A stretch of DNA of 64,000 bases from an uncultured Candidatus Saccharibacteria bacterium (GTDB lineage: Bacteria; Patescibacteriota; Doudnabacteria; UBA920), in NCBI GenBank assembly GCA_964650255.1, contig CAZYQT010000004.1, positions 6,501 through 70,500 on the forward strand. Direction: 5' to 3'. The position numbers and the translations under genes were made by a program. Positions 37,889 through 46,662 of this stretch are shown one piece after another. A model generated the notes under the pieces. That model was not told the DNA's origin, did no database searches, and saw only the letters and a list, made by a program, of their open reading frames with translations. How positions within the stretch are numbered: position 1 is the first letter of the stretch; the number at the start of each line of letters is the position of its first letter.

Positions 37889-37970
37889 AATTAACTCCTC
37901 CTATTTCCCATTCGGGCCTTTATAATAACTGATCCTAATAAAAAATCAAGGGCTAATCTTGCCCTTGATT

Positions 37971-38945
37971 TTAGTGCCAGCTGGTTTTAACAATTGTTTC
38001 CAAGTCCGAATATTGGGGTGCAAAGCCTAGCTCTTTTTTTATTTTGGTATTATCTGCTACTGCGATAGCTACATCCACTGGTCTCCTGCCCACAAAACTT
38101 ACAGGCAACTTCTTGCCAAGATGTTTTTCAGTTGCAGCAATTACTTGTTTTACAGACCAGCCGGTACCTGTGCCAATGTTATACAATTTAAATTTGTGTT
38201 CTGAGGTTTCAAACAAATATTTTACTGCACTAACAATTGCTTCAGCAATATCTAAAACATGGATATAGTCTCTCACCCCACTGCCATCGATGGTATCGAA
38301 GTCTGTTCCGTAAACGGTTAGTTGTGGAACCTTCCCATTTAGTACATTAGCTATGCTGCTAAACAAACTGCTTTCATGTTTAGAGTAAATCTGTTTGTCG
38401 AAATCTGAGCCGCTGGCATTGAAGAAGCGGAAAGCAACTGCTCGTAAATCCGTAGCTTGGGTAAAACTTTCAATGATTTTCTCTGCCAATAATTTAGATT
38501 GGCCGTATGGAGCCAGATTCTCACCGAGCGCTGATTCAGGAATCGGGCTAGTTTTTTGCACTCCGTATACAGCGGCCGTAGATGCAAACACGATCTTCTT
38601 AATTCCTGCATCCATAATGCTTTCAAGTAAGTGGGCGGTTTTAACTGTATTAGTATCAAAATATTCTAAAGGCTTTTCCAGAGACTCATTGAGATCGATT
38701 TTGGCTGCTAAATGAATAACAGCACCAATGTTGTAATTACTAAAAATTTTCTGCAGCATTTTCGGATCTGCAAAATCTCCTTTAAAAAATATGGTAGCCT
38801 TGTTTAAATTCTCCCTTTTTCCTGATGATAAATCATCGACAACCACGGGAACAAAACCAGCCTTGTTCAATGCCCGAACAACATGGGCCCCAATATATCC
38901 GGCCCCACCGGTTACGAGAATATGCGACTGCTCTAAGTTTGTCAT
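37971..38945 (-). CDS. galE: UDP-glucose 4-epimerase
   Basis: N-terminal Rossmann VTGGAGYIGAHVV. YxxxK region. 324 aa, SDR-extended. Confidence 0.85.
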   Translation of the reverse strand: MTNLEQSHILVTGGAGYIGAHVVRALNKAGFVPVVVDDLSSGKRENLNKATIFFKGDFADPKMLQKIFSNYNIGAVIHLAAKIDLNESLEKPLEYFDTNTVKTAHLLESIMDAGIKKIVFASTAAVYGVQKTSPIPESALGENLAPYGQSKLLAEKIIESFTQATDLRAVAFRFFNASGSDFDKQIYSKHESSLFSSIANVLNGKVPQLTVYGTDFDTIDGSGVRDYIHVLDIAEAIVSAVKYLFETSEHKFKLYNIGTGTGWSVKQVIAATEKHLGKKLPVSFVGRRPVDVAIAVADNTKIKKELGFAPQYSDLETIVKTSWH

Positions 38946-39041
38946 ACAGGTAATATAACAAAAAACACCCCTTCACTCCATAAGGAGCGAGGGGTGAGTT
39001 TTGAATTTAGGGGCCCGGTTAGGGGTCTGTCAACAAACTGA

Positions 39042-41099
39042 TTAAGCGAAGATAAACTTGAAGATTGAATTACGCTTACGCATAACTACGAATCCAGCAG
39101 TTACAAGACCTGCGAAAGTTACAGCAGAGGTACCTGCAGCACCTGTCTTAGGGGCTTGGTAAACTTTTTCACCAGGAACATTAATTACAATGGTGTTACC
39201 ATATGTATTACGTAATTGGTAAGAAAGGTTTTTGTCCAAAGTTTGCTTAATGCGAACCTTGAAAGTCTTCGTTACGGTTTCACCTTCGTGGATAGTCATG
39301 GCTGGGAAATTAATCCAATTGCCAGAGATCGTACCACCGTTGGTGGAAACTATATCAGCTAACGGTAACACCTGAGACAAGTCGTCTTCGAAGCGGTAGT
39401 TAGTTTCATCAGCAGAACCGTTATTGGTAGCCACTAAAGTGTAAGTAATGTAGTCGCCACGACCAGCATTTACCGATGTAGCGTCAACATTCTTAGTGTC
39501 GTTCCAAGCACGCTTGGAGATAACAATTTTCGGAGTACCTGGGTTTGTGTTCTTTACAACCACTTTAACACAAGCGTCGTCTTCTACTTGGCTAACATTG
39601 TTAGCAGTAGCTTTGGCAGTGTTACAGATAGTAGTTGAATGATCAGCATCAACTTTAGCGCGGAATTCTACAGTCTTGCTAGAGTTTGCAGAAATAGAAC
39701 CAAAGTCTACAGAGAAGGTGGTGCTAGAAAAACTAGGAGTACCGTCACCAGATACGTTGTCATCAAAGCGCAAGCCATCTGGAATGCGGTCAGTCATACG
39801 AACGTTAGACAAAGTAGAGTTACCAGTATTAGATACAGTGATTTTGAAAGCCACTTTATCGTTGTCGTGGGCATTAACCTGAGAATCATCATAAGAAGTA
39901 GAGTCAGTAATATTCTTCACCCACTTCTGAATTTTAATCTTTGGGTTGCTAGTACCGCGACAGTCAGTAACATTTACTTGAGCAGTATCAGATACTGCTG
40001 AACCACCATTTACTTGAGCACGAGCAGTGTTAGTCAAGGTTGTACAGTCAGATGTATTCACAGTTCCGGTGTATTTCACAATCCGAACTTCACCAGGTTG
40101 CAATGTACCCAAATTCACAGTGCCTGGCAAAGAACCAGTCCAACCAGAAATTTGAGAGTCATCAGAAATTCCAACTGTAGTAGAACCACTATTCACGGAA
40201 ATACCACTAACTCCATTGTCAGAAACAGTGACGTTAGTAGCGGCAGTAGTGCCAGTGTTAGTTACAGCAATGCGGTAACCAACACTTTCGTTGTGCTTAG
40301 CATTTACAGAATCGTAATATACAGCGCCACGACCAGTGTTTGGGTCTACTGTAAGGTTTTTAACCTTTTTTTCAATAGTTAGAGCTGGAGCAGTATCGTT
40401 AACAGCAACTACCTTAAACTTAAAAGTTAAAAATAGACTGAATTCGAAACAAGCATCCAAGTCACCAATACCATCGTAGTCTGAGTTACCAAGATTTAGG
40501 TGTTCGTAACCAGGGATTACATTACCCTGGAAGTCGTACATAGTACCGCTGTTAGGTGTCACCTGCAGCTTAGCGTTCGCTGGAGTATGTACTGTAAACG
40601 CCTTTGTGTAAGTATCCATCGGATTACCATCAGAATCCTCACCTGTGAAAGTCACCTTAATTTGATGATGACTACCTACAGTAGTGTCAGTCTGTGTAAT
40701 TACGTGGACATTGCGAGCAACTGTCTGGTCTGGGTCTAAGTTGTTTGCAGCGCCGTTGTGGATATAAATCCCAGCAGCAGCTTCATCGTTAACATTTAGA
40801 GTTAAACCATCGTTCCAATCAGCTTCAGATTGAGACCACTGAGCGTTATCTGGGTGAGCAGTTGCATCAATAGCTGGGAAGTCATGACATAACGGTGTGT
40901 TTACGTCATCGTAAGTTACAGGCCAGTAGTTGAAGGTTGGGGTGCTACGAGGATTAGGACAATCCTCAGCCAAAGTATTAGCTGCACCATGAGTAGGCGC
41001 AAGAGCCATTACAGAGGCAACAACACTAACCATTACCAGGCTCGCAAAGATGCTGCGGCGTGGTACCAAACTTGCCTTTAACATTTGCATAAATTGCAT
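39042..41099 (-). CDS. large secreted surface protein with DUF11-type repeats and C-terminal LPXTG-like sorting signal
   Basis: Signal peptide (MLKASLVPRRSIFASLVMVSVVASVMALA). Repeated ...VTNTGTTAATNVTVSD / ITVSNTGNSTLSNVRMTD / LVATNNGSADETN units. C-terminal QAPKTG plus hydrophobic stretch plus RKRNS. The ORF-track start at 41216 is probably too far upstream. Confidence 0.6.
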   Translation of the reverse strand: MQFMQMLKASLVPRRSIFASLVMVSVVASVMALAPTHGAANTLAEDCPNPRSTPTFNYWPVTYDDVNTPLCHDFPAIDATAHPDNAQWSQSEADWNDGLTLNVNDEAAAGIYIHNGAANNLDPDQTVARNVHVITQTDTTVGSHHQIKVTFTGEDSDGNPMDTYTKAFTVHTPANAKLQVTPNSGTMYDFQGNVIPGYEHLNLGNSDYDGIGDLDACFEFSLFLTFKFKVVAVNDTAPALTIEKKVKNLTVDPNTGRGAVYYDSVNAKHNESVGYRIAVTNTGTTAATNVTVSDNGVSGISVNSGSTTVGISDDSQISGWTGSLPGTVNLGTLQPGEVRIVKYTGTVNTSDCTTLTNTARAQVNGGSAVSDTAQVNVTDCRGTSNPKIKIQKWVKNITDSTSYDDSQVNAHDNDKVAFKITVSNTGNSTLSNVRMTDRIPDGLRFDDNVSGDGTPSFSSTTFSVDFGSISANSSKTVEFRAKVDADHSTTICNTAKATANNVSQVEDDACVKVVVKNTNPGTPKIVISKRAWNDTKNVDATSVNAGRGDYITYTLVATNNGSADETNYRFEDDLSQVLPLADIVSTNGGTISGNWINFPAMTIHEGETVTKTFKVRIKQTLDKNLSYQLRNTYGNTIVINVPGEKVYQAPKTGAAGTSAVTFAGLVTAGFVVMRKRNSIFKFIFA

Positions 41100-41379
41100 A
41101 ATGTGTTGTTCTCCTTGCTTTAACATACTGGTTGCCCGGCATGAAAAGTTAAGATAATTAATAAATTGGTTAATAATAACCGATTCATTGAAATTTCGAC
41201 TTTTCAACAAATCCAATAAGTATACCTTATTTTATGATTTTTGTCAAGGCTATAACAGTATAATTGGTAATTTTGAAATTGATGTGAAAATCGGCTTAAA
41301 CATAGGTAATTTAGTATTTACAAGATGAGTATTGTCTGCTAAAATTGCTAGGAAATTTAACTAATAGGGGGATCTTATC

Positions 41380-41988
41380 GTGAATAATTTAAAGGGTATA
41401 GGCATAATTGGGCCGACTTGTTGTGGTAAAAATGAAGTTGCCAGCACCATCACTCGTTACATTGGCACAAGAGAAAAAACCGCGGATTATCGGCCGAGAA
41501 CATTTAGTACAAAAGATAAGTACGACGCCTTGTCTAAGGCGATTTACTATCGTAATTCTGACGAAACAGTACGCCGAGATCTTCGGCTGGCACTGGAAAC
41601 AATATCACCAGGCACCTTTGTGGGCAGTCTCTTCTATGGAGCCATGCTTTTTAAGGATAGGAGCAACGATGAACGCACGCCGGTTGCAATAATTAATTCC
41701 ATCGAAACACAGTCGCAGGCGGAACAATGGAAAGAACTTATTCCAGACTTTCATTTCATCTACGTGGAGTCGGATCTCGAAACCAGGTTGCACAATCACA
41801 ACCTCTACAGAACCGACCCACACTCTGCGGAGCAATTTCTCAAATTATGCGAAATAAACGATGATGAGAGGATCGGTGCAATGAAGGGTCTAGCCACACC
41901 GACCAACATTGCAATTAACATCGGAGTGGACACCGGACTTAAAACTCTTCGGGAAGGTGTTCATAAAATTTTAGATCGAATTCTTTAA
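41380..41988 (+). CDS. hypothetical protein with degenerate P-loop (GIIGPTCCGKNE)
   Basis: 202 aa. Walker-A-like segment lacking the S/T. No confident family. Confidence 0.4.
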   Translation: MNNLKGIGIIGPTCCGKNEVASTITRYIGTREKTADYRPRTFSTKDKYDALSKAIYYRNSDETVRRDLRLALETISPGTFVGSLFYGAMLFKDRSNDERTPVAIINSIETQSQAEQWKELIPDFHFIYVESDLETRLHNHNLYRTDPHSAEQFLKLCEINDDERIGAMKGLATPTNIAINIGVDTGLKTLREGVHKILDRIL

Positions 41989-42004
41989 ATTCACACTAAC
42001 AAAA

Positions 42005-42045
42005 AAGGCTCGAGTGCAAATAGCGCTTGAGCCTTTTATCTTTTA
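42005..42045. terminator. bidirectional terminator (aaggctcgag...cttgagcctt)
   Basis: 10-bp stem flanked by A6 and T-rich tail, between convergent genes. Confidence 0.55.
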
Positions 42046-42052
42046 TTAATAT

Positions 42053-42241
42053 TTACATTGCGTGCTTCCACAAAACTCCTTTGAACTCGTTGTTCACAAT
42101 TAATGGCACGCCGGAAATAGAACGCACTTGCCGAGCAATGGTTTGCATTGGACAAGAGTGATTAATCCCAGTCTGGCAATGAGCACACAGACCTTTTAAC
42201 TGGTTAACAATATTCTTTTTTGAAATCTCTAATTCAGACAT
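42053..42241 (-). CDS. small Cys-containing protein co-transcribed downstream of lexA
   Basis: 62 aa. CAHCQTGINHSCPMQ cluster. 10-nt gap to the lexA stop. Confidence 0.35.
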   Translation of the reverse strand: MSELEISKKNIVNQLKGLCAHCQTGINHSCPMQTIARQVRSISGVPLIVNNEFKGVLWKHAM

Positions 42242-42251
42242 TTTATTTCCT

Positions 42252-42863
42252 TTATTCTAAGTTACGGATTACTCCGACTACTTTTCCCTGAACCATCCAC
42301 TCCTCTTTTGGATAGATGTTTTGGTAATCAGGGTTTTCGGCCTTTAGGTACGCACGATTTTTTATTTGAACGAATCTCTTAACAGTAGCTTCGTCGTGCA
42401 GTAAAGCTACCACAATATCATTATTTTTAACCTCGCGGGTCGGACGAACAATTACCAAATCGCCTTCGTGGATGCCAGCGTTTATCATACTGTCTCCCCT
42501 AACCTTCAAAAGGAACACATCGCGCCGGCCTTTTACCAGACTTTGAGGCAGGTTAATCCACTCTTCAATATACTCTTCAGCTAAATGCGGAGTACCAGCC
42601 TGAATGGAGCCAAGTAAGGGCACGCGAACTAATCCTTTAGAGATGCTATCGGTTAAACTGTTTAGAACTGTGATTCCCCTAGCTTTGCCATTGGTGCGAA
42701 TATATCCGCCATCTTCCAAAGAGTTCAATAGCTTAGCGACCGCATTCTTAGATTTAACTTCCAAGTACTCAGCCATCTCAGAAACTGAAGGTGGCATATT
42801 GTTTTCGCGAATCTCGCGAACTATGAACTTGAGAAGCTCTTTTTGTCGATCTGTAATACTCAT
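42252..42863 (-). CDS. lexA: LexA repressor
   Basis: N-terminal winged HTH. Ala-Gly cleavage region. S24 peptidase Ser/Lys dyad (VRGDSMINAGI...LLK). Confidence 0.9.
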   Translation of the reverse strand: MSITDRQKELLKFIVREIRENNMPPSVSEMAEYLEVKSKNAVAKLLNSLEDGGYIRTNGKARGITVLNSLTDSISKGLVRVPLLGSIQAGTPHLAEEYIEEWINLPQSLVKGRRDVFLLKVRGDSMINAGIHEGDLVIVRPTREVKNNDIVVALLHDEATVKRFVQIKNRAYLKAENPDYQNIYPKEEWMVQGKVVGVIRNLE

Positions 42864-42986
42864 GTCTTTATAGTATACAATCGTTCACCCTGTGTCAAAT
42901 ATATAAAAAATCACTAAAAACAACAAATTTGATAAGTTATCCACAATTCCATATACTAGATAAAACCATACGTTCACGGAGGAAAA
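42864..42986. promoter_or_regulatory. divergent promoter region of lexA and the 42987 gene, with candidate operator repeats
   Basis: On the minus strand, TTGACA (42893-98), a 17-nt spacer, TACTAT (42870-75), then 6 nt to the lexA ATG, so the mRNA would be leaderless or nearly so. The spacer contains GTGAACGATTGTATAC. CGTTCAC occurs twice in the region (42882-88 and 42972-78). Confidence 0.35.
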
Positions 42987-43472
42987 ATGAAACAATCAAA
43001 AGGAAAATTATTGGATGAATTTAGAAAGGGTTTTCTAAATCTGTTAGGAGACGTGTCTTTCCCCGATCGGCAAGACAAAGCTATTAGTTTTATGACACCC
43101 AGGAAACGACACCCGGCTGGTCTTAAGATGCTTAATGTCGGCAACCGATTGGCTATATTAACAATTTTAGCCAAGGAATATCCGGAAAAAAAGAACTCTA
43201 GCCAGCACATCTCTCAGATTATTATATTTCGGCGCTACATATCTTCGCACTTAAAGTACGACCAGAAACCAATTCTGCGAATGTCGAAAAACCGCTCTGG
43301 CAAAATTGGGTTTGAAGCCCAATGCCCAGATGCTACCTACTCAGTCATCAGCACCTTTCATAGCCAGAAAACCCCGCTACAACTCTGGGCTGAAGTGTTT
43401 AAGTGTTTGAAGGTGGTCTTCGAAATTCCTAACTTTGAAGGCGAAGAGCTTCTCAAAGAAATTCCACGCTAA
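42987..43472 (+). CDS. hypothetical protein divergent from lexA
   Basis: 161 aa. GGAGG SD 6 nt upstream. No family recognised. Confidence 0.4.
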   Translation: MKQSKGKLLDEFRKGFLNLLGDVSFPDRQDKAISFMTPRKRHPAGLKMLNVGNRLAILTILAKEYPEKKNSSQHISQIIIFRRYISSHLKYDQKPILRMSKNRSGKIGFEAQCPDATYSVISTFHSQKTPLQLWAEVFKCLKVVFEIPNFEGEELLKEIPR

Positions 43473-43486
43473 TTCCTGCAGATACT

Positions 43487-43524
43487 AAAGACGAACTACC
43501 TAACCAGTAGTTCGTCTTTTATTT
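43487..43524. terminator. terminator (aaagacgaactac..gtagttcgtctttt)
   Basis: 13-bp stem plus T-run. Confidence 0.6.
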
Positions 43525-43525
43525 C

Positions 43526-43762
43526 TTAACCTTGCCCCAATAGCCATTTAATAAACTTTATCAGTACATCCACCACTGTCTTTAAAACTGGTATCGAGGC
43601 TGGGAGCAAAATTATTAACAAGATTAACCAAATAAAATTGCGCTTTACAGTTTGTATAATCGAATAGACTAAAAATACAACGACTGCAATCGAAATTATT
43701 GGGTGCAAGAAGCTAGGAAAAAATCCCAAAAACTGATTATATAAATCCTGCAAAAATTGCAT
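43526..43762 (-). CDS. small membrane protein (2 TM), hypothetical
   Basis: 78 aa, two hydrophobic helices. Follows the 43762-44340 gene with 1-nt overlap. Confidence 0.35.
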   Translation of the reverse strand: MQFLQDLYNQFLGFFPSFLHPIISIAVVVFLVYSIIQTVKRNFIWLILLIILLPASIPVLKTVVDVLIKFIKWLLGQG

Positions 43763-44340
43763 TACTTTTTCTTTGGCTTATTAACCTTATCTACAATTAC
43801 AATATGTGGATAATCTGAAATATCTTTGATGAAGCGGTCAAAAGTATCGCTACGAATTTTATATTCCTCTGGGGACATAATGGTGTAGTTAACATCAAAA
43901 CCCATCATGGCTTTACACTGTTTTAAAAACACATCCAACTTCGGCAAGCTAATCTTTCCAACTAACAGCAAGTCTACTGGTAATTGCGGCTGTCCAGTGA
44001 ATGCACCAGACAAAACTGCAGCTTTTACTTCGCCCAGTTTTTGAATCGCAACAAATAATTCATCTTCGTACCCTTTTTGGTTCTTTGTTAGGGAGACTTT
44101 AATTTGCGGTAAAAGTTTGTGCCGCTGGTTTACAATGTAGAGCTTAGCCCGGTCGCGAGTAAACTGCTTTATCATGCTGTCATGCAAAAATTCGCGAAGC
44201 AGTGGAGCAAGGGTGCGATCGGTAAGGTGCAAGCGCTTAGAAAGCTCTTTTGATGAAAAGCTGCGCTGCGGGGCAAGAAGCAAAAAAGCTAACAATTCAG
44301 ACCCGTGTTTTGAGTCTAAGATATCTGCGTGTGTCATCAT
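43762..44340 (-). CDS. hypothetical protein, putative winged-HTH regulator-like N-terminus
   Basis: 192 aa. N-terminal ELSKRLHLTDRTLAPLLREF helix-turn-helix-like segment. Weak assignment. Confidence 0.35.
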   Translation of the reverse strand: MMTHADILDSKHGSELLAFLLLAPQRSFSSKELSKRLHLTDRTLAPLLREFLHDSMIKQFTRDRAKLYIVNQRHKLLPQIKVSLTKNQKGYEDELFVAIQKLGEVKAAVLSGAFTGQPQLPVDLLLVGKISLPKLDVFLKQCKAMMGFDVNYTIMSPEEYKIRSDTFDRFIKDISDYPHIVIVDKVNKPKKK

Positions 44341-44384
44341 TAATCTAGTATATCATAAACAGACCTAGATTTTCAGACCCAATT

Positions 44385-44774
44385 CTACTTCTTTAATGTT
44401 CCAATTTTGAAATTAGCCAATTCAGCTTCGGGCTTGGGCTGGCCGTTATGCTGGCCGGAAAAAGCACTGGTTCCATCCTTACCACAAAGGCTTAGAATTT
44501 TCTGGCTACCACCTTTGTGTTTAAAAATATATTTAGTTACATCGTAAACCGATCCATTAATAACAGTCCAGCATTTTTGAGTGCTATTGGCTGCCGCAAC
44601 TTCCGCCATGGTGTATTGCTTATCCGCTGTTGCAACGTTTGAATTTGATGAGCTCTTATTAACAACTGGGGTATTCGTATTTGCAGAATTTGAGTTTGAG
44701 TTTGATGTTGCCGCTGAATTACAACCAGCTGCGAGAAGTGCTATTAAAGCAAAACTTAAAAAGTACTTTTTCAT
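44385..44774 (-). CDS. lipoprotein with cytochrome b5-like heme/steroid-binding domain
   Basis: Signal peptide with lipobox LAAGC, low-complexity Ser/Asn linker. Cyt-b5 pattern (CWTVINGSVYDVTKY...HKGG...CGKDGT..F...H). Confidence 0.55.
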   Translation of the reverse strand: MKKYFLSFALIALLAAGCNSAATSNSNSNSANTNTPVVNKSSSNSNVATADKQYTMAEVAAANSTQKCWTVINGSVYDVTKYIFKHKGGSQKILSLCGKDGTSAFSGQHNGQPKPEAELANFKIGTLKK

Positions 44775-44861
44775 TGTTGTTGATATTATTCAATACCCCG
44801 CGGTGCGGGGTATTGAATAAACGGAGTAAATAAATTATGAATAAATTGAGATTGGTTTTTG

Positions 44862-45182
44862 TTACTGGCGGTCGTGCTCACCAAAGCTCTGCTGGCCATC
44901 TTCTGTGATGGTATCAGGTACAGCTGAGGGTTTAACATTTTCCCCAGTTTCGCCGGTTAACAATTCTTCCTTAACCCCATCCTGGCTCATGTAGCCGCTC
45001 TGGGTTCGGTCAAACTGTTTATCCTGCATTTGTGCTTCTGACTGTTCGCTAGTCTGCACACTCTGCAATGTAGCATCGGCAGTTGTCTGCGCATGAGACT
45101 GATAAGCTATAGTTGAAGCTGCTCCTGCGGCAATTAATGCAAACGCCGCAAGTGGTATAGTGAATTTCTGAGATAATTTCAT
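44862..45182 (-). CDS. small secreted protein, hypothetical
   Basis: 106 aa with signal peptide (AAFALIAAGAASTIA). Followed by the strong hairpin caataccccgcggtgcggggtattg at 44791-44815. Confidence 0.4.
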   Translation of the reverse strand: MKLSQKFTIPLAAFALIAAGAASTIAYQSHAQTTADATLQSVQTSEQSEAQMQDKQFDRTQSGYMSQDGVKEELLTGETGENVKPSAVPDTITEDGQQSFGEHDRQ

Positions 45183-45269
45183 AAATTCCTTTCGTATTAA
45201 TTTTTAACTGGAACGCTCCTAGGTGTTCATCTATTATTACAGCGCAACTGAAAAATTATTTCATTATTT

Positions 45270-46022
45270 TTAAGGTCTATCATCTACATCATTATCATTA
45301 TCCTGGCGAAACATCCGCTCATCAGGCTCGAACTCGCGCACGCCAGTAGCCACTATTACATTACCGTTCCTGGTACCCAAAACAACAACTTTATCATTTA
45401 CATCAAAATCTGAACCATATGGCAACCTGGTTTGATGATTAATCATCACCTCAAAAACCTGACCATTTGGATCTTTAATAAAAAAGCTGTGGTCTAAAAT
45501 TTTGATAATCCTTCCCGGGGTAGTATTGTTTGCTGGAGCTGCCCCAAACTGAATATAAAACCGTCCTGCCACAGGCAAATTGTCATCTTGGGCTTGTTGA
45601 TACAAACCGTTGTGAATGTGGCTGCGCTCCACCAAAAGGCTACCCGCACCAACTAAAATTATTATGCCGACAACGGTATATAAAGTTGGCTTGCCGTAAG
45701 CAAAGGCGTATCTGCGTACTAATATTTGCAAAACAATAATAAACACTATTGCAAATAAAATTAGCAAAATTGGTAGAGTAGTGAACAATTCTTTGATGCC
45801 AGGGCCGCCGAAAGCCATAGCAAACCAAGCCCCATTCTGATGCAGCATAAATAGTATGAAGCTGCCTACAAAAATTGATGCCAAAACTATTAAGATCCCA
45901 CCCAACACGTAAAGCACAGCTTGCAATACAAAATGCCAGCGCGGTCGCATGTGTACCTTGCCCGCTTCTATGGCTTTGAGAATATTCTCCTGAATTGTTT
46001 TAGGGTCATTATGTTCTGACAT
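45270..46022 (-). CDS. putative anti-sigma factor / membrane protein co-transcribed with ECF sigma
   Basis: 250 aa. Cytoplasmic N-terminus, multiple TM, C-terminal extracytoplasmic domain. 14-nt overlap with the upstream ECF sigma gene. Confidence 0.4.
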   Translation of the reverse strand: MSEHNDPKTIQENILKAIEAGKVHMRPRWHFVLQAVLYVLGGILIVLASIFVGSFILFMLHQNGAWFAMAFGGPGIKELFTTLPILLILFAIVFIIVLQILVRRYAFAYGKPTLYTVVGIIILVGAGSLLVERSHIHNGLYQQAQDDNLPVAGRFYIQFGAAPANNTTPGRIIKILDHSFFIKDPNGQVFEVMINHQTRLPYGSDFDVNDKVVVLGTRNGNVIVATGVREFEPDERMFRQDNDNDVDDRP

Positions 46023-46578
46023 TTGGGTGTAGTGATTGGTAAATTTTTTGGAGCATGGCTTTACCGCGGTTAATTCTTACGCCCACTGTGGAAGTTGGGA
46101 TGTGCATAATTTCGGCAATGCTTTGATAATCCAAATCTTCAAAATAATAGAGCACCAGTGGTTCACGATATTTTGGATCTAATTTGTCCAAGCATTCATC
46201 GAGCATAGTTTTTAGTTCTTGCTCATGTAGCTCTGTGTCCGGACGCTCCTTTGCAATCGGATGCGGGAAAAGTGTATCGGGGTCAAAAAAAGATAACGGC
46301 TCTCTCCCCTTTTTCTTAATCGCGTTAATAAATTCATTGTGAGCAATGCGGTAAATCCATGGAGAAAATTTTTGACTAGTATCGAAGCTCTGTAAATTTG
46401 TATATGCTTTCAAAAAAACATCCTGCACCATGTCCTGCGCATCTTCGTATCCGAACAAAAAGCGTTGCGCATAACGCTTAAGCTTGGCCTCGTATCGTTC
46501 CACCAGGGTTCCAAATTTTTGGACATCCCCTTGTTGAACTTCCAAAGCCACAGATTCATCAGTTAGTTCTTCTACCAT
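46009..46578 (-). CDS. ECF-type RNA polymerase sigma factor
   Basis: Region 2 (DAQDMVQDVFLKAY...WIYRIAHNEFIN) and region 4 HTH (YQSIAEIMHIPTSTVGVRINRGK). 189 aa. Confidence 0.85.
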   Translation of the reverse strand: MVEELTDESVALEVQQGDVQKFGTLVERYEAKLKRYAQRFLFGYEDAQDMVQDVFLKAYTNLQSFDTSQKFSPWIYRIAHNEFINAIKKKGREPLSFFDPDTLFPHPIAKERPDTELHEQELKTMLDECLDKLDPKYREPLVLYYFEDLDYQSIAEIMHIPTSTVGVRINRGKAMLQKIYQSLHPNVRT

Positions 46579-46662
46579 CCTAGTAATAATACAACAAACT
46601 TCTGAGTTTATTTCAAGGCTTGGTAGATTTTACAGACCCAAAAGTGGTATAATGATGGCAAT

